Positions 52,007-64,000 of a stretch of DNA of 64,000 bases are shown in pieces. The DNA is from Haliotis cracherodii (Eukaryota): the NCBI RefSeq assembly GCF_022045235.1, contig NW_027266343.1, positions 18,290,001 to 18,354,000 of the forward strand. The letters are read 5' to 3'. The first letter of the stretch is position 1. Every line of letters begins with the position of its first letter. A model generated the notes under the pieces. It made no database searches and was not told the DNA's origin. It saw only the letters and a program-made list of their open reading frames with translations. A program made the translations under genes and the position numbers.

Positions 52007-52613
52007 GTGAGACATTTTATAAGCCTAGAATTTCATCTTTTGCATCCGTTCCCCTCTTAGGTCACAGCAGTGTGGTGATTTCAGAGCAGTAAAGGTCCTC
52101 TTGCTTGTCATAAGAGATGACTAATGAGGATTGGGTGGTCATAGTTGGTGAGCATGCTGATTGTGTGTCATCTTGCCCTGATTGTATGGATCTTCGATCA
52201 TCAAGCAGTGGTTTGTCTGACATTCTCTTACTCCCTCATTAGACACATCTGCAGATTTGTAGTGGATAATTTTGATTATCAAAACATTTGTCAAGATAAA
52301 GTATATGGCCTCCTTTAGTGAGTACTTTCCCTGTATACTGATAGGAATATTAATTTTCTTCACTTTGTCATTTCTGGATGAGAATAGGTGCCCAGAAAAT
52401 ACCTATGCTGGTCATAAGAGACGATTTAATGGATCGCATGGCGGGGCTCATTGACTTGCATTGATTGTGTGTAGTTTTGTATGTCAGATTTGATTACTTA
52501 CAGGCCACTGTCATAAGGCTGGAATATTGCTCAGTGAGGTAACCAAAAAACAAACATACAAGCAGACAAACAACAACTTTTCATCACTATTTGTCTAAAC
52601 ATTGTTTCCCCAG

Positions 52614-52831
52614 CGGACAGCAGTGAAGCAGCTTCTGATACCAGCAGACTTGGTGGACATCGGCATGAGGCTGCTAAACGGCGCCGTGTAGCACTGTACT
52701 GCGTATTCCGCTATCTGGATACAAAGACACTTGGCCAGATGGCGCTGGTGTGTCGGGAATGGAAGCATGTTTGTCGACATCCTGAATTGTGGAAGCGTGT
52801 AGTGTTGAAGAATGAGAGAATCTCATCCTCA
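52614..52831 (+). CDS. FBXO41: FBXO41-like exon 7 (F-box)
   Basis: RVALYCVFRYLDTKTLGQMALVCREWKHVCRHPELWKRVVLKNERISS aligns with FBXO41 RAALFCIFTYLDTRTLLHAAEVCRDWRFVARHPAVWTRVLLENARVCS. Acceptor CCCCAG|, donor |GTATGT. Confidence 0.95.
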
Positions 52832-53751
52832 GTATGTAATATTTTACTCAGAGAATCATTGGATTCATTTGGTTCATATTGTGATGCTGTATGCGTTAAC
52901 GATGCATCTTTTGTTGCACAATCATGCACTTAATGTTTCAGAATTTTTATGTTCTGATTAATAGATTTGAAGTGTTCACTTTTTGTTATTCACACTGGCA
53001 TGTTCAGCATTCTCTGTGTGCATGGGGACAAGAGTTGAAGCACTGTATGTCATCCCGATCACCAGATTTCCCCACATGGGCACATTCTTTGTGTCCCCCT
53101 TATGGCTGGAACAATGCTGAAAACTGTGTCAATCCATACACACTGAATCACTTTGTGCATGACACTTGCATCATTGTATTCAGAGTTTTGTTATTACACA
53201 ATATGATGTTATTGATCATGTGGACCATACATCCAACATTTCATTTCATTTGGATTTTTTCCCTTTGGGCCTTTCAAATTTGCAAGTTTTATTTCTTGTT
53301 GAATGTACAATTGTTGTTAGAAAACCATTCTTGGGTTCTTGTCATTACATCCTCGTTTATCCAGGGTATTAATGCTCCTTTTTTTTAATAAATACCCTGG
53401 ACCCATTTTCCACCATAGCTTTGTTTCTGAAATGACGTCATCACCTCAATTGTTCATATCTCTAACTTAACCTAAGTTCTGTTGTTTGTGAGTGTAATTT
53501 GATTAAATTTTAGTATCATTTGAATGATAGTGGAAGGGTCTGGGGTATTTGTAATGATATTTGATGATGGGGGTGGGTTACTTGTAATTATGAGAATTAG
53601 CCCACTCCCCAACTTTTAATAAATGAATTGGATAGGCCTCGTGAACCTACACCCAAGACACTACGTAATAAAATGGAGATTAATACAGTGGATAATCGAG
53701 GATGATGTCATCACTGCATGTGTGAATGTGTGTTTCTACCACCACTTGCAG

Positions 53752-53806
53752 TTCCTGGTTACCATATCCCAATGGTGTCAACGCCTCCAACATCTCACCC
53801 TAGAAG
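53752..53806 (+). CDS. FBXO41: FBXO41-like exon 8
   Basis: FLVTISQWCQRLQHLTLEG vs FBXO41 FLAMLAQWCTQAHSLTLQN. Acceptor TTGCAG|, donor G|GTCAGT. Confidence 0.92.
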
Positions 53807-53908
53807 GTCAGTAGGATCATCCTCACCAGTCAAGGGTTGTTTCCTTTTATACCTTGGTACAGTGACAACCTGTAGCAATAGAGGGATGTTGAAATACCAT
53901 AGCCATTA

Positions 53909-54693
53909 CCGTATATCGCTGTGTATAAGGCGAGTTTTTCGTACCTAAAATGAGGGGGTTAAGAAGGGGGGTCGTCTTATACACGGGAGTCGAAGATCTC
54001 ACATTTTTTTCCACTGGCGATGTCAACCGGCGTCCGATAGCCAGCCCAGCATTTGACAAAAAAACTTCGCATTTCGTCCTAAATAACTGTTCCAATAACT
54101 ATTTCCATACATAAACATGATTTGTATCTCTTTTCCTTGAAAAAAGTTTAATAATTTCTGCAAATAAAGTTGAAATGACCCTCGCCTCGATGCAGAGTAG
54201 AGAGCCGGAAGTACCGGTAAGCATTTGCATATTGCACATGTGACCTAACACATCCCGCTGTTTTTACAGTTGTATTAACAAGTGTTGGAGACGATGTGTA
54301 CATGTGATTGTGGATTAAACACGCTGAATGTGAAGCAAACAAGCCTAGTTAGTTACAACATAGTTAATTGGCGATTAAATTACTCACCATTGTCTCTTAT
54401 ATGTTATGACTTCATAAATGAATTTTATTTTACGGGCACCAATTTGGTGTCGTATTGTGTAAACACAAAATGGCGACGTGTGCTGGAGTTACACACGCGA
54501 CCTATCATTGTAGAAAAAAACAACACAAGATAAACATATTTTTATTGCATATATAAGGTTTGCGTGCGCACTTGTGATGTGCTTCATTCCAGGTCGCCTT
54601 ATACACGGAGTATAGGATTTTGGGTTCATTTTGAAGGCGTGTACAGGGGGGTCGTCTTATACGTGGGGTCACCTTAAACACAGCGATATACGG
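53909..54693. mobile_element. Tc1/mariner-type MITE
   Basis: TIR CCGTATATCGCTGTGT(A/T)TAAGG, with TA TSD. Confidence 0.9.
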
Positions 54694-55568
54694 TAATTGA
54701 ACATATTTTCTTAATTCATGCAGTAAATTTTACATTTCTTTTTGGAGTTTATTATATAGGATTTGTTATTTCATGATTGTCAAATGATGCACTGCATGAA
54801 ATGTTTGAATGTATTGTAGATAGAATACTGATGTCTCGATTAAAGAAGTTGAGATACAGGATATACATTTACAGGAAACAAGAAAACTCATCAATGACAT
54901 CAAAGTCTTGGACATAGTTGAGAGAAATCAGATACACTTTGACGAAAAAACAAACCGGAAATATAAGTTTTCCAGCTGATAGGGAGTTACTGATTTTTAT
55001 AGAAGGAGATACAGTTGTTGTGACAGAACAGTATGACCTCATGAAGACGAGGTTGATGGGATGGGAAGGAAATGTGGAGCTGTTGACCGATGCAGCAATA
55101 AATATCATTGGGCGTCCTTATTGTATTACTGGGTTTGGAATTTGGGATGAAAATAAAGGTGTTTTTCATTTCTGCTAAGCCTGATAATTTTACTGACAAA
55201 AATCATACATTTCTCTCTGCCTGATCCAGAAATGTTTCTCAAATACCAGTCAAAGCGTTACTGGTACTTCCATCAGCGTGGGGCATGTAAGAGCTGTAAT
55301 ATGTTTACTATTCCTGTCACAGTTCTCAGAAAAATGCTAAATAGAACATTTGTTTCCTTATCCAATCAGCCCTATTAATATCTTTTTGTAATTTGAGGGT
55401 ATTATTTTATGTGTTTTGTCATTTTGATCTCTGTTAAGGTATTGAAAAAGTTTATAAACAATCTAATAAAACAAGAAGGGCTTACCTTGAAACATAAGAT
55501 GTAGACACGAGAAAGACATTATTTATACCAGTGAAGGGCTGTAATCATACTTTTGCAGTGATAACATA

Positions 55569-56156
55569 CAGTAGAACATGGATATAATGAATACGGATAG
55601 AGCGAACAAACGGATATAACGAACTGTTAAAAAATCCCTGATTTATCTCCTATATATTATCATATAAAATTTACGTACATAACAAACTCTTTACAGCAAA
55701 CTAACGGATATAGCAAACTGATATCTAATTACCGAGAAGGCCCATCTACCACTAATTAGTGACGTGTATAGCGAACTGAGAAATCTCACTCAGTGTAAAG
55801 TGTTACTGATGATTGGCTATACGCAATCAGCGGCGAATCAACACAATCACTGGTGACGATTCGACCTTGTTAAACTTGCATTATGTTAATCTTACCTGTC
55901 CATGTAATTTGGACCATTCTTGTCTGTAAAACAAACATTGATCCTACAACTGGATCAAAATGTTTTGAAGTTGTATCATTTGGGGCTTTTCAACTGAATC
56001 ACCGGTAGATGCTGGAGGAAACGTGTGTAAACGTATATGTGTATTGTGTTTTGCTTTAGCCAAGATGTTGAAGAGCGAAAACGTATATAACGAACAACGT
56101 ATATAACAAACTGATTTCTCCAGTCATGTGTAGTTAGTTTTATTCCTGTTCTACTG
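55569..56156. mobile_element. Tigger/pogo-like MITE followed by a ~58-bp tandem duplication of its right end
   Basis: TIR CAGTAGAACA / TGTTCTACTG, TA flanks, and internal ATATAACGAAC repeats. Confidence 0.8.
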
Positions 56157-58913
56157 TACCTGTGTCAGTAGTAAGATAGTGATACGATATACGGCTCCAT
56201 ATTCCTGATCTACTGTACCTGTGTCAGTAGTAAGATAGTGATACGATATATGGCTCCATAGTAAGAAACTACAGTGATACAGAAGGGAGATATGATACAA
56301 GAACACTCCACTGACATATTCCATTGTCACATATTGGTAGATTTGAAATAATATACAAGACCTCTTTTACCTCATGAAAATGTTTTTTAGGATAAGTTTT
56401 CATACAGTTTTAAATATTCCCCACATATATGTCATTTTGTATTTATGCATGAACTACTGACTTGATACTTGTATTGTGGCACAGAGTATCTGACAGACAC
56501 AGTTTATTCAGTAGAAAGGCCATAGGCCCATAATACAGACAATAGTTGATTGCATGAACAACTCATACCAAGGAAGTAATCGATTTAAGTTTCTCTTAGC
56601 CGTTGGACTTGTGTTATATACAACATCAAAGTTTTCTGATGAATTAATTTCAGTTAAAGATGTTACAGTTTGAAACTTGATATACTGTTTAAGTTACACA
56701 GAGTATCAACATGCACAGAACTTTTGGCGAATCGTTCCATGCCTATTGAGTGTTTAGATGTATGGCCTTGACCTGCTGTACAAGTAGTGTGTTCTGTTGT
56801 AGGAAGCTGACCAGCATGGTGAGATGTGTGTGAAGTGATCTTGTGTGTTTGCTGACACGTATCTTCAGTCCATGGTCGAGCTTATCAATATCCGAGATGG
56901 TCTTGCACATCAAGGTCAAGACATGATTATGTTTGGCTGAAGTTGTAGGAACTGTTTCAACTTTTGGACGATTCATTTTAATTTTTTGGGGGGTGGAGGA
57001 TTGGGAGGAGGCAAGAAAAACTGCCTTGAATTCAGAGCGAAAGGCCCCTATTCACCCAGTCTCATTGAAATCAGATCTTTTACTGTGATATTATACCTCT
57101 AAGCATGAAGATCTTCAGGACTGTCCAGAGGGGGTTGCATCCACTGAAATTTCTGATCAGCCAATAAGTGTCGAGGCTTCTCTTTTAGTAGGCGAAGTAT
57201 TAAGACAAGCATGTCTAATTTCAGTATCTAGAAAACGATTGTAGTCAGCTATTATAGTGTTGTGGATTTATAAGTCATGTCATTTCAGAGTGCCATGTCA
57301 TCAACACAGAAAAGGGTGTCCGATGGAGGGTACTTTTGAGCTCTGTGGCGCTCCCTTGGCTAAGATAGAAATTTTGAAATTGAGTCGGTAAAGAAATTAG
57401 ATGACGGTAGACTGTCTTTTTGTCTCACGAACCCACAAATCCTTTAAAGTTCAGTCTGTGTCTACCAAATGCAACCTTCAATGAAGGTGTCTTCAAATCT
57501 TCACATTTTGAGGTATCTTATAGGAGTAAAAGATCTGATTTTAATGAGATTTTCTATACATAAGTTTTTAACTTTGACACATCACCCACAAAAAGAGAAA
57601 TTGTTCGGTAATAGTTTCTTTATAGATCACCCCTACAACCTGCCCACACTTGCTACTGCTTCTGTGGTATTGGACATGATTCAACAGAACTGCAATTTTT
57701 TCCCCAATATTTTCCTTGTGCCTATTCATCAAATAATTAGGTGCAATGACCATCCTGGAGTACTGGAATTTCATGTGAAGTGATTTTAGTTGTCAGGAAT
57801 AATAGGACTACAGAACCAGACATGGACTGAAGATAGTTTTGCCTAAACACTGCTGAACATTAACCTTTAGAACAATGTGTGAATATGTGTACTAATGAAT
57901 TCATTATATGCTCCCTAGTGGGGATTCAGACAGTACTGGTGGCACAGGTGCGGAAATTCTCTGTGCAGAGTTGCTTCCCTTGGGCATGCCGGAAATCTCT
58001 GATCGTGGGTTCAAATCCCAGTTCACCCTGATTTCTATGATTGTCGACACCATACCTGTGGTTATGGATTTCACCTAAGTTGTTAAAGCCTTGAGACCTG
58101 CATCACTCCAAGCTTTCCAATGAAGCTAACGTGCCAAGATATGACTGGAATACTGTTCAAAGTGGCGTTAAGCCCAACACACTCACTCACTCTGACAGTA
58201 CTATGTTTGTCTCCCCTTGGAGATTCAACTAAGTATAGAATGTTTGGACCTAGCTGATTGTGTGCCAACATGCTTGAAGGCCTAGATCATTGCTCATGCT
58301 CTACGCATGGGTACAATATGTGAAGACCATTCCAGGTGTTCCTGATTAGAGATATTGCTGGAATAAAACCCCTCACTAACTCAGCCTCAGGTGTGCCCTG
58401 TCTGGGTTATTTACAGACTGCTGTGATGAAGCTTTTATATTGCTTACTGCGGCCTAAAACAACATTCACTCACTAATGCTATGCTTGTTGATATGTGTAC
58501 TAACTTCAGTCTATAACACGTCTTGACTGTGTGGCTTCGTGTGTGTATAATGCTTTAGACTTAGTTGTACTACTAACTGCAGTGTGTGCATTTTGTTGTA
58601 TCAGGGTAAATTAAAGTCAATGTCAGTCTCTTGGGATTCGAGGACAGAATTTGTCTCAGCATCCACTGCTTGAGTAAGAGCAGACTACACCCGAATAGCC
58701 GAAAATGCTGGCTGCAAATCAAAGTCAAAACAAAATGGCCCCATTGGTCATGAAATTGGTCTGAAATGATTGTGGTCATTGACTTGTTATTTGTGTTTCA
58801 TAAATTATATTGCATAAGATTATTTCAAAACAATATGTTGGCCAATTAATTCATGGAGGGTTTTTCTTTATTGAAAATTTATCATGCTTTGGCCATACTT
58901 GGTAGGTGGTCTG

Positions 58914-59340
58914 TAGGTGTGTCATGATACAGGTACCTCACGATACGATACGTATCTCGATTTCTAGGTGAAGATACGATACGTATCTCGATACAGCAAT
59001 TGTGCGTAAATTTAGAAGCAAACTTTTTAAGTACATATCACATTCACAATTATGTGTTCTAATCGCTATCAGTAGATTATTTTGTAAAATAATAATACTT
59101 AGAAAAGGTTTATTTTGTTTATTCAAACAAGTGTCAGACACTAACAAGTTTTTGTGTGTGTCAAATTCAGAAAATATGATGACATTTCAATTCGAATAAA
59201 AAAAATCAATCAATGCACGAACAAATGGATACCGATATCAATAACATTTTGTATCGATACAAATTTACATGTATCTTGTATGGTATTGTGAGAATTATCT
59301 ACCGATGCATCGGTACAATCGGTGAATCATGACATCCCTA
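58914..59340. mobile_element. Non-autonomous hAT MITE
   Basis: TIR TAGG(T/G)(G/A)TGTCATGAT, perfect 8-bp TSD GTGGTCTG, and CGATAC subterminal repeats. Confidence 0.9.
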
Positions 59341-59590
59341 GTGGTCTGTGTGTATGATTCTTGGATCTCTAGAGTGTTTGGCAATAGAAGCATGCCTCTA
59401 GAGGCAGCTGCATGATCTGTGTCCTTGCACTGCCAGACATTTGTCCCACGTGATATGAATGTCAAACTATCATGATCATTGTGAAATATTTTCATGATAT
59501 AATGAAAAAAAAAAAAAAAAAGCATCCTTCATCTCATATTCATTATTAATTTCAAGAGATAGGATTTCAAGTGTTACCTTTTTTCTCCAG

Positions 59591-59651
59591 GATTGCAGTG
59601 CCGACAACGACACAATGAAGAAAGCCTAGAAGAATATCACCGAGCTACCAG
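59591..59651 (+). CDS. FBXO41: FBXO41-like exon 9
   Basis: LQCRQRHNEESLEEYHRATR vs FBXO41 LKPRQRGKKESKEEYARSTR. Acceptor TTTTCTCCAG|, donor AG|GTACAC. Phases consistent. Confidence 0.92.
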
Positions 59652-60137
59652 GTACACTAACAGTGGTTACGGCATAAGAAGTGATTAATGTCACAAGGGA
59701 CAGAATGTGTCATTTCAAGCAGTGGTTACTACCGGTACTCAGGGACCAGTCATAATTACAAATTGGGGTGGGGTGTAGTAAGTCATATGAAATTTCCACA
59801 AGAATAGTTTGCTAAGAAAATAACTGTCCATATTTTTTGTAAAATCTAATTTCTTCAGGCCCAAACACATTCATGATAATTGGCCATTCCATAAAGTATG
59901 TTTTTAGGGGAGACAGTGGGTAAGTGATAACTTGTCATGCGGAAAACATGTTTAATTCTCACAGGAAAGGGTAAAGTCTTAAACTAAAATCCCTTGGCAA
60001 ACTTTGTTAAGACAGCCTTATATGCTAAAATAGGTTTGTGCAAGTGGAACCAGTTGTTAGATTGCTTCTTTGTCTTCTTTTATGAATTTGAAAGAAAAGA
60101 TTATTGAAGTTTTAGATGGATTATGTTTCTTTTTCAG

Positions 60138-60236
60138 GGCATACCTTGAACCTGGTCTTGAAGAACTGTTGAAAAGTTGTCAAGATAGTCTCATTTCTCT
60201 CAAAATAATTGCCTGTGGGAATCATATCACTGACAA
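60138..60236 (+). CDS. FBXO41: FBXO41-like exon 10
   Basis: AYLEPGLEELLKSCQDSLISLKIIACGNHITDK vs FBXO41 GCLEAGLESLLKAAGGNLLILRISHCPNILTDR. Acceptor TTTTTCAG|, donor |GTAAGT. Confidence 0.93.
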
Positions 60237-60314
60237 GTAAGTTCTTATCAAGTTACTTAGTGAGGAAACTATTTCATATCTGATTTTACAGATGGGAAAT
60301 GCTTATTGATAGAT

Positions 60315-60410
60315 AGGGGTGTGGGGAAGCCTAGTGGTCATGCTGAAGACCTGGGTTCCCAGCATGGGTACAATGTGTGAAGCCCATTTATGGTGGCCCT
60401 TGCAGTGATA
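60315..60410 (+). mobile_element. Degenerate SINE family A fragment (further relics near 53030-53150 and 58270-58380)
   Basis: GCCTAGTGG...CATGGGTACAATGTGTGAAGCCCATTT. Confidence 0.7.
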
Positions 60411-60752
60411 GTGCTCACCTTGAAACTATCTTGATCTCATATCTGCATATGTTATCAACAAAAGAATCAATATTTACAAATCATATAAAAGGTAGACATA
60501 GTAATGAATTTATTGCTTCTCAGTGTTTCTGTAAATATTTCCCGGTCACCTGTACCCCAACGGTGTGGATCGTTACCCTCAATATCAATCACTGGATTGT
60601 CTGGTCCAGATTTGATTATTTACAAGCCACCAACATATAGCTATGTTAAACCTCAAACACTCACACAAACTGTAAGTTGGGAACTATGAAGTGTGTGATT
60701 AGTGGTTTACAATGTGACGAAGATGCGCATCACTGTTCTGATGCTGATGCAG

Positions 60753-60902
60753 GTGTCTCTGGCTGGCCAGCTGCTATGGCCGACTCCTGGAGAAGCTTCA
60801 CTACGTCAGCAGCACCGACCCTGTCTCACCAGAGGTGCTCTGGGCCATTGGGGGAGGGTGCCCAGGGGTCACGACATTGGTGGTGCCACCGCTGTTCCCA
60901 TG
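60753..60902 (+). CDS. FBXO41: FBXO41-like exon 11 (LRR-like region)
   Basis: CLWLASCYGRLLEKLHYVSSTDPVSPEVLWAIGGGCPGVTTLVVPPLFPC vs FBXO41 SLWLASCYCRALQAVTYRSATDPVGHEVIWALGAGCREIVSLQVAPLHPC. Confidence 0.94.
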
Positions 60903-61754
60903 GTAATTTCTCCATCCTTCATGTTATACGCAGACCTGTAGAGATGGATGGAGAGTGTGATGAAAAATACTGTAATCTTCCTGAAATGTTCCCACTTGTT
61001 TTTGTATGGAGACTCAGAGAAGAGAGGGAGAGAAAAGAGAGAGAGAGAGAGAGAGAGGGAGAGTATATATTTGAAAGTAATCCTGTATTATTGAGTTAAC
61101 TGTGTACATTGAAATTGTTTTTGTGTATCTTATTAAATGCCGAAAAGGCAAATATATACATGTGCATAAATGTATACGTAGGAAAAGTCATAGGGTTATA
61201 ACCTGTCATCTGGGCCAAGATTGTTCAAGCTGTTCATTCGTATATCTTATCCTTATTTAGTACTCCATCTTCTAAATGCCTCTCAAAGAAGTAATTTATC
61301 AAGTTCTGAAAAAAATAGTCTGAAAATCTTGGTTTATAGAATTTCTGAATGTGTAAGTATTGCTTTTGTGCTGGATCAGAAATATTACAGTCATTAGCAT
61401 CAAGAAATGACTAAAACTTATTATGAGAAGCAGTAGATGTGTGGATCTGTTGGTCACAAAGGTTTCTTTCTCTGGATCCATAATCTTGCCCTTGTAACCT
61501 GATCACTGATCTGTCCACCACTTGTTGTGGTTGGTAATATGGCTGAAATAGTAACGAAAGTGACATAAACCCCATTTTGTTTGATGACAAATGCTGCAGT
61601 GTATATATCCATTAAACGTAAGACTTAACCAAAGTAACTGTGTCTGCTCCTGTACTTTGATTACATAAAAACGCCAGTGTTCATTCACATATGTAGTTTC
61701 TCTATCATTGAATGTTTTCACTGTCTGTTTCTCCTATTTATATTTCTTTTTTAG

Positions 61755-61873
61755 TTTGAAACCAAAGTCTTTCAGCAACAAGTGTTTGTTGCTCATTGCC
61801 AAGTTCTACCCTGATCTTCAGGAGCTTGGAATTGGTGGTCGGGAAATCAGTATCGGAGGACTACTTCCTCTTG
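61755..61873 (+). CDS. FBXO41: FBXO41-like exon 12
   Basis: LKPKSFSNKCLLLIAKFYPDLQELGIGGREISIGGLLPL vs FBXO41 QPTRFSNRCLQMIGRCWPHLRALGVGGAGCGVQGLASL. Donor G|GTGAGT, phase 1. Confidence 0.94.
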
Positions 61874-62419
61874 GTGAGTTCACTGTGTGACACTATGTAC
61901 ATACAGACTGGGAGGGAGACAGTAGTTCAGTAGCAGACCTCTCACTGTAACCAATTACATCTACTCTGCAAACCTGTGGCTGGTCATATTGTACAACAGA
62001 ATGAAGAATGCCCATACTGTATTCACAGGACCTGATGTTATTTAGGTATGGCCACCATGGCTGCCATTTTGTATGTGGCACCTTATTCTCATAGCTCAGG
62101 CATTCCTTTGTGTATCTTGAGGAAAAAGTGACATGCAGGAAATATGTGGTCAGTAATGAGTGATCATCAGGAAGGTTTTTTTCTGAATAAAAGGGTCGGG
62201 ACTAACAAGGATAATATATATCAGTTTTATTAGTACACAGTTTAAAAAAATGCTAAGAAAATTGAAATGGAATACCTTGAAAACACTATTTTTTATTGTA
62301 CAAATGGAAATGTTTTGTGTTTACCACAAAGCAGTTGTGCATACAATAGTTTAGACCAGTATTTTTCAAAAAGTCTGGAATCCAGGAAATGAAAAACAAT
62401 TCCTGAGCAATGTTGAGTA

Positions 62420-63925
62420 TAAAGTACAACAAGTGTATCTATATTTTAGTTAAAGGTTGTCAAGGTTAAGTACAAGTGTATCTATATTTTAGTTCAGGGT
62501 TCTCAAGGTAAAGTACAAATGTATATATATTTTAGTTCAAGGTTGTCAGGGTAAAGTACAAATGTATATATATTTTAGTTCAAGGTTGTCAGGGTAAAGT
62601 ACAAGTGTATCTATATTTTAGTTAAAGGTTGTCAAGGTTAAGTACAAGTGTATCTATATTTTAGTTCAGGGTTGTCAGGGTAAAGTACAAGTGTATCTAT
62701 GTTTTAGTTCAGGGTTCTCAAGGTAAAGTACAAATGTATCTATATTTTAGTTCAGGGTTCTCAAGGTAAAGTACAGGTGTATCTATATTTTAGTTCAAGG
62801 TTGTCAAGGTAAAGTACAAGTGTATCTATATTTTAGTTCAAGGTTGTCAAGGTAAAGTACAAGTGTATCTATATTTTAGTTCAAGGTTGTCAGGGTAAAG
62901 TACAAGTGTATCTATATTTTAGTTCAAGGTTGTCAAGGTAAAGTACAAGTGTATCTATATTTTAGTTCAGGGTTATCAAGGTAAAGTACAGGTGTATCTA
63001 TATTTTAGTTCAAGGTTGTCAAGGTAAAGTACAAGTGTATCTATATTTTAGTTCAAGGTTGTCAAGGTAAAGTACAAGTGTATCTATATTTTAGTTCAAG
63101 GTTGTCAGGGTAAAGTACAAGTGTATCTATATTTTAGTTCAAGGTTGTCAGGGTAAAGTACAAGTGTATCTATATTTTAGTTCAAGGTTGTCAAGGTAAA
63201 GTACAAGTGTATCTATATTTTAGTTCAAGGTTGTCAAGGTAAAGTACAAGTGTATCTATATTTTAGTTCAAGGTTGTCAAGGTTAAGTACAAGTGTATCT
63301 ATATTTTAGTTCAAGGTTGTCAAGGTAAAGTACAAGTGTATCTATATTTTAGTTCAAGGTTGTCAAGGTAAAGTACAAGTGTATCTATATTTTAGTTCAA
63401 GGTTGTCAGGGTAAAGTACAAGTGTATCTATATTTTAGTTCAAGGTTGTCAAGGTTAAGTACAAGTGTATCTATATTTTAGTTCAGGGTTGTCAGGGTAA
63501 AGTACAAGTGTATCTATATTTTAGTTCAAGGTTGTCAGGGTAAAGTACAAGTGTATCTATATTTTAGTTCAAGGTTGTCAAGGTAAAGTACAAGTGTATC
63601 TATATTTTAGTTCAAGGTTGTCAAGGTAAAGTACAAGTGTATCTATATTTTAGTTCAAGGTTGTCAAGGTAAAGTACAAGTGTATCTATATTTTAGTTCA
63701 AGGTTGTCCAGGTAAAGTACAAGTGTATCTATATTTTAGTTCAGGGTTGTCCAGGTAAAGTACAAGTGTATCTATATTTTAGTTCAAGGTTGTCCAGGTA
63801 AAGTACAAGTGTATCTATATTTTAGTTCAGGGTTGTCCAGGTAAAGTACAAGTGTATCTATATTTTAGTTCAAGGTTGTCAAGGTAAAGTACAAGTGTAT
63901 CTATGTTTTAGTTCAAGGTTGTCAG
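62420..63925 (+). repeat. 43-bp minisatellite, ~35 copies, derived from the FBXO41 intron12/exon13 boundary
   Basis: Unit GTAAAGTACAAGTGTATCTATATTTTAG-TTCAAGGTTGTCAAG. The last copy supplies the real acceptor and first codons of exon 13. Confidence 0.97.
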
Positions 63926-64000
63926 CGCCTGCAGTACCTGGAGCTGGATCACATGTTGGAACTGACAACTGATGACGTCACGGGATTGTGTCGGGCGGGG
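63912..64000 (+). CDS. FBXO41: FBXO41-like exon 13 (runs off window)
   Basis: Acceptor CTATGTTTTAG|TT, phase 1, gives VQGCQRLQYLELDHMLELTTDDVTGLCRAG vs FBXO41 ARNCMRLQVLELDHVSEITQEVAAEVCREG. Confidence 0.92.

Overview
AT-rich, intron- and repeat-rich animal genomic DNA with two assembly gaps. The SINE repertoire suggests a mollusc, possibly a gastropod; this is inference. The right half holds a + strand FBXO41 orthologue, assembled by hand into 13 phase-consistent coding exons from 39132 to beyond 64000. It has an N-terminal ZNF365/FBXO41-type C2H2 finger, a long coiled coil, a ~1400-aa low-complexity linker, then the F-box and LRR-like region. About 2270 aa lie inside the window, against ~875 aa for human FBXO41. 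Head-to-head with it is a - strand gene with three well-supported exons (28005-24547), probable alternative first exons near 14155 and near position 24, and a body running off the left edge. By synteny it may be rhotekin. The most striking feature is a ~35-copy 43-bp array at 62420-63925. It is a tandem amplification of the FBXO41 exon-13 acceptor, and each unit reads as a GT..AG mini-intron plus a stop-free, frame-preserving 15-nt microexon. A 59-bp array at 6745-7398 shows similar donor/acceptor architecture on the - strand. Also present: tRNA-Asp-like SINEs, a SINE-like family with no tRNA head that starts with a predicted RNA pseudoknot, a V-type SINE, nested hAT and Tc1/mariner MITEs, a long palindrome and several minisatellites.
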